This document shows, one piece after another, positions 59,482 through 64,000 of a DNA stretch of 64,000 nucleotides. The translations under genes were made by a program, and so were the position numbers. Source of the stretch: Octopus sinensis (lineage: Eukaryota); NCBI RefSeq assembly GCF_006345805.1, contig NC_043026.1, positions 2,356,001-2,420,000 of the forward strand, in the 5' to 3' direction. The notes under the pieces are model-generated. The model had not been told where the DNA came from. It saw only the letters and a program-made list of their open reading frames with translations, and made no database searches. Each line of letters opens with the position of its first letter. The stretch's first letter is position 1.

Positions 59482-60557
59482 TAGTTTCGAAGATTGTTTG
59501 TTTATTTCCTCATAATTTATGGAATATTTATTCGATTCACTTGAATTTTTCACGAAAGATAGATATTAGATATATCTAAATATGTGTAAAATATCTTGTC
59601 TCAACGTTTTGTTAATCTTCTATAATAACTATTTCATTACACTTGTTCTTACAGATCCTTATATTATGGCCGTTACTGTATGCATACATACATATATGTA
59701 TATGTGTGTGTGTGTATACACACACACACACACACACACATATCTCATCATCATTTACGTCTGCTTTCAATGCTGGCATGAGTTTGACGGTTTGACAGGA
59801 TCTGGCTAGGCAGAAGACTGCACCAAACTTCTATGTCTGTTTTGGCATGGTTTTTATTACTGGATGCCCTTCCTAACGCCAACTACCCTGCAGTGGTTAG
59901 AGCATTGCATGCACAATCATGGGGTAGTGAGTTGGATTCTTGGACCAGGCTGTGTGTTGTGTTCTTGAGCAAGACACTTTATTCCACATTACTCCAGTTC
60001 ATTGCAACATCATTGGTGCCAAGCTGTATCAGCTCCTTTGCCTTTCCCTCGGATAACATCGGTGGTGTAGAGAGGGGGGGGCTGTATGCATGGGTGAATG
60101 CTGCTCTTCCATAAACGACCTTGCCTAGACTTGTGTGTTGGAAGGGAACTTTTCCAGGTGCAATCCCATGGTCAGGGGCTCCTTTAAATATATGTATATA
60201 CATATATAAAGTCCTGGTAGGGGGTAAAGATAGGATGAGTTCGGGGTTATCAACACTGTCGGATTCCAGACTAAGACTGAAATTTTTCAGGTATAGAAAA
60301 TCCGGGTTTCCAGACAGTAAACCTTGGGGGTATAATTCTTAATCTTAGTTTTTGGTGTGGATATATATATATGCGTGTGTGTAGAGAGAGGGATAGATAT
60401 AGGCACAGGGGTGGCTTATAGGTGCAGGAGTGGCTGTGTGGTACAAAGCTTGCTTCCCAACCACATGGTTCGGGGTTCAGTCCCACTGCATGGTACCTTG
60501 GGTAGGTGTCTTCTACTTGTGAATGGATTTGGTAGACAGAAACTGAAAGAAGCCCAT

Positions 60558-60624
<67 letters not shown>

Positions 60625-60929
60625 GTGTGTGTGTGTGTGGTGTGTGTGTGTGTGTGTGTGTATTTGTGTGTCTGTGTTTGTACCCCCACCAATGCTTGAC
60701 AACTTATGTTGTTGTGTTTAAGTCCCTGTATCTTAGCAGTACAGCAAAAGAGACTAATAGAATAAGTACTGGGCTTACAAAGAATAAGTCAGGGGGTCGA
60801 TTTGCTTGACTAAATGTGGTGCTCTAGCATGGCCACAGTCAAATGACTGAAACAAGTAAAAGATTATTATAAATATATTGGATTAAGTCTTTCTTTGTTT
60901 GATTTACTTAATAGTGGTTTTGTCTCTAA

Positions 60930-60981
<52 letters not shown>

Positions 60982-61739
60982 TATATAGGTGCAGGAGTGG
61001 CTGTGTGGTAAGTAACTTCCTTACCAACCACATGGTTCTGGGTTCAGTCCCACTGTGTGACACCTTGGGCAAGTGTCTTCTACTATAGCCTCGGCTCGAC
61101 CAAAGCCTTGTGAGTGGGTTTGGTAGATGGAAACTGAAAGAAGCCTGTCGTATATATGTATATATATATGTGTGTGTGTGTCTTTGTTTGTCCCCCAACA
61201 TCGCTTGAGAACCGATGCTGGTGTGTTTATGTCCCCGTAACTTAGCGGTTCGGCAAAAGAGACCGATAGAGTAAGTACTAGGCTTACAAAGAATAAGTCC
61301 TGGGGTCGATTTGCTCGATTAAAGGCAGTGCTCCAGCATGGCTGCAGTCAAACGGCTGAAACAAGTAAAAGAGTAAAAGAGTAAAAGAGAGAGTATATAT
61401 GTATGCTTCTGATGTATGTATGTATGCAATATCTGTGTGTGTTTATGTATAGATGTGTGTGTGTTTATGTGCGTGAATTGTGAGAATCTGCAAAAGATGG
61501 CAAAGCCATGAGGGAGAGAAGAGGATAACTCTGTGCTACTCACCTTCAACAAAGTTTCTTTGGAATGTCGCTGAGTGGAGAGAATCTCTGATTGCAGCAA
61601 CGGTTCAACACAGCTGGCTTTATATAGAGAGCTAAGGTACACTCACCCACACCCAACTACATGCACAGACACACCCATTACCCATTGCACATATTACAGA
61701 TGTGTGTGTGTGTGTCATATAGTGTGTGAGTGTGTGTGC

Positions 61740-61791
61740 ACATATATACATATATATATATATATTATATATATATATATATAATATATAT

Positions 61792-61823
<32 letters not shown>

Positions 61824-61825
61824 AT

Positions 61826-61859
<34 letters not shown>

Positions 61860-61906
61860 ATATATAATATATATATATATATACATATAATATATATATA
61901 TACATA

Positions 61907-61937
<31 letters not shown>

Positions 61938-62033
61938 ATATATATATATATATCTATATATATATATATAGATATATATATATATAATATATATATATAC
62001 ATATATATATATTATATATATATATTATATATA

Positions 62034-62102
<69 letters not shown>

Positions 62103-62350
62103 CATATATGTATACATATATATATATACATATATACATATATATATATATACATATTTATATGTTTATATATATATGTGCGTATATATATGTATATATC
62201 AATGTATATATGTATATATCAATGTATATGTATATATATATAGGTACATATATATATATGTATGTATACATACATATGTACATACATACATATATATAGA
62301 CACACACATGCACATATATATATAGAGAGATAGATAGATATGAACATGTG

Positions 62351-62393
<43 letters not shown>

Positions 62394-62400
62394 CACATAT
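61740..62400. repeat. (TA)n-rich compound microsatellite
   Basis: Direct inspection. Many shorter (TA)n, (CA)n, (CT)n and (GTA)n tracts occur throughout the window. Confidence 0.98.
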
Positions 62401-62465
62401 ATATAAGCATTAGCAGATGAGATAGATTGTACAGATGTCTTAATATGCTTTTACATATAATCATT

Positions 62466-62501
<36 letters not shown>

Positions 62502-63654
62502 TATTCATCAATTGAGATAATGATGCCATAATCCTTTTTATTCTATTAATTGTCAACTGATTTCTCTATGTAAGTTATTGATCACAATCTCTCAATCCAT
62601 TATTATTCTGAACAAGAAAAATGGTTCACCGCAAACGCACCCTTTTAAGACCAGCATAAACAACACACACATACATACACAATTATACATACATTGCAGA
62701 TACATACATGTCTATGTGTGTGTTTGTATGTATGTATGTATGTGCTTGTGTGTGTGTGTGTGTGTATACCTATAGGTATACATATACACATATATCTATA
62801 TACACATACAAATATGTATATATATATTTGTATGTGTGGATGGCTGTGTGGTAAAAAGTTTGCTTCCCAACCACATGGTTCCAGGTTCAGTTCCACTGTG
62901 TGGCACCTTGGCCAAGCATCTTCTAGCACAGCCTTGTGAGTAGATTTGGCAGACAGAAGCTAAAAGAAGCCTGTCGTGTGTGTGTATGTGTGTGTGTGTG
63001 TGTATTCTTCAACACCACTTAACAACCGTTGTTGGTATGTTTACATCCCCATAACTAAGCAGTTCAGCAAAAGAAGAACTGGGGCTCTTTTCATTTGATT
63101 AAAATTCTTCAAGGAGCCATTCCTTAGCATGGCTCCAGTCAAACGACTGAAACAAATGGAAGATATACGTAGACATATATGATTATTCTGTTTTATTTCA
63201 AGATTTCCAGCCAATAGAGAAAGAGCTGGTTTCCAAACTAGATCCAAGACTCCTTTATTGGAATCTCAGCAGCACCTTCAGGGCATTTTTATATGTATGT
63301 ATGTATGTATGTATGTTTGTATGTATGTATTTTCATGCATATCTAAACATGCTCATATATATTTTTATGATAAACTTCTGGAAAGTTTTACAGATGTTTA
63401 CAGTTCCAGTGATGGATTGGATCTACAATCTTCGAATCAGCTTTCCCCTTTCTGGTTTTGAGAGCCCTAATTTCTCAAGATTGGCATTTAGGCAGTGTGT
63501 TACATATCCCAGTATAAACCTGAACTTGTAATCTAGGTAAAGTAACTCTATATTTCTCAATAGTTCAGCAGAGGTGTTTTCTATTTCACTGATCTTTAGC
63601 CTTATGTTAACCACTGGACAGCTGTTTGTATGTGAGCATGTATGTATGCTTTAA

Positions 63655-63685
<31 letters not shown>

Positions 63686-64000
63686 GTTTGTATATAATCA
63701 TCATTTAATGTCCGTTTTCCATGCTAGCATGGGTTGGACGGTTTGACCGGAGTCTGGGAAGCCAGAAGGCTGCACCAGGCTCCAGTCTGATCTGGCAGTG
63801 TTTCTACAGCTGGATGTCCTTCCTAAGGCCAACCACAATGTGAGTGTCGTGGGTGCTTTTTACATCCCACTGGCACAAGAGCCAGGGGAGGCTGGCAAAC
63901 GGCCACGATCGGTTGGTGCTTTATACATGTCACCGACATACATATGTATGTATGAATATATGAAAATATACAAAATTCTATTTTCACAAGTAATTGTGAC

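Overview
AT-rich (roughly 35% GC), repeat-dense eukaryotic DNA that reads as a coleoid cephalopod, probably Octopus. This is inferred from the tRNA-derived SINE families, the RTE-tail repeats and the microsatellite load; it is not database-confirmed. Most ORFs in the supplied track are microsatellite or transposon artefacts. One complete host gene can be assembled by hand on the minus strand: six coding exons (50875-50729, 48798-48583, 45076-44961, 43608-43517, 41163-41134, 38851-38739; 714 nt, 237 aa, all GT-AG, phases consistent). It encodes a secreted CAP/SCP domain, a Cys-rich hinge, a linker from a 30-nt microexon and a C-terminal ShKT domain, i.e. a CRISP-like protein. The last three exons are not recovered as coding in the ORF track. 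The rest is decayed mobile DNA: three Penelope-like element (PLE) lineages, RTE, L1/Tx1 and R4-type LINEs, a solo LTR with a 4-bp TSD, Tc1/mariner/Tc2-type elements, Helitron/Helentron-type elements, long foldbacks and many SINEs. The most notable non-coding signal is a set of type I hammerhead-ribozyme motifs in PLE-like termini (16005-16083, 16419-16456, 16659-16776, 26481-26518, 52733-52842, 54080-54189). There are also two local duplications: about 1.7 kb diverged, carrying a possible promoter plus non-coding exon, and about 1.35 kb near-identical. No CRISPR array, rRNA or genuine tRNA gene was seen.
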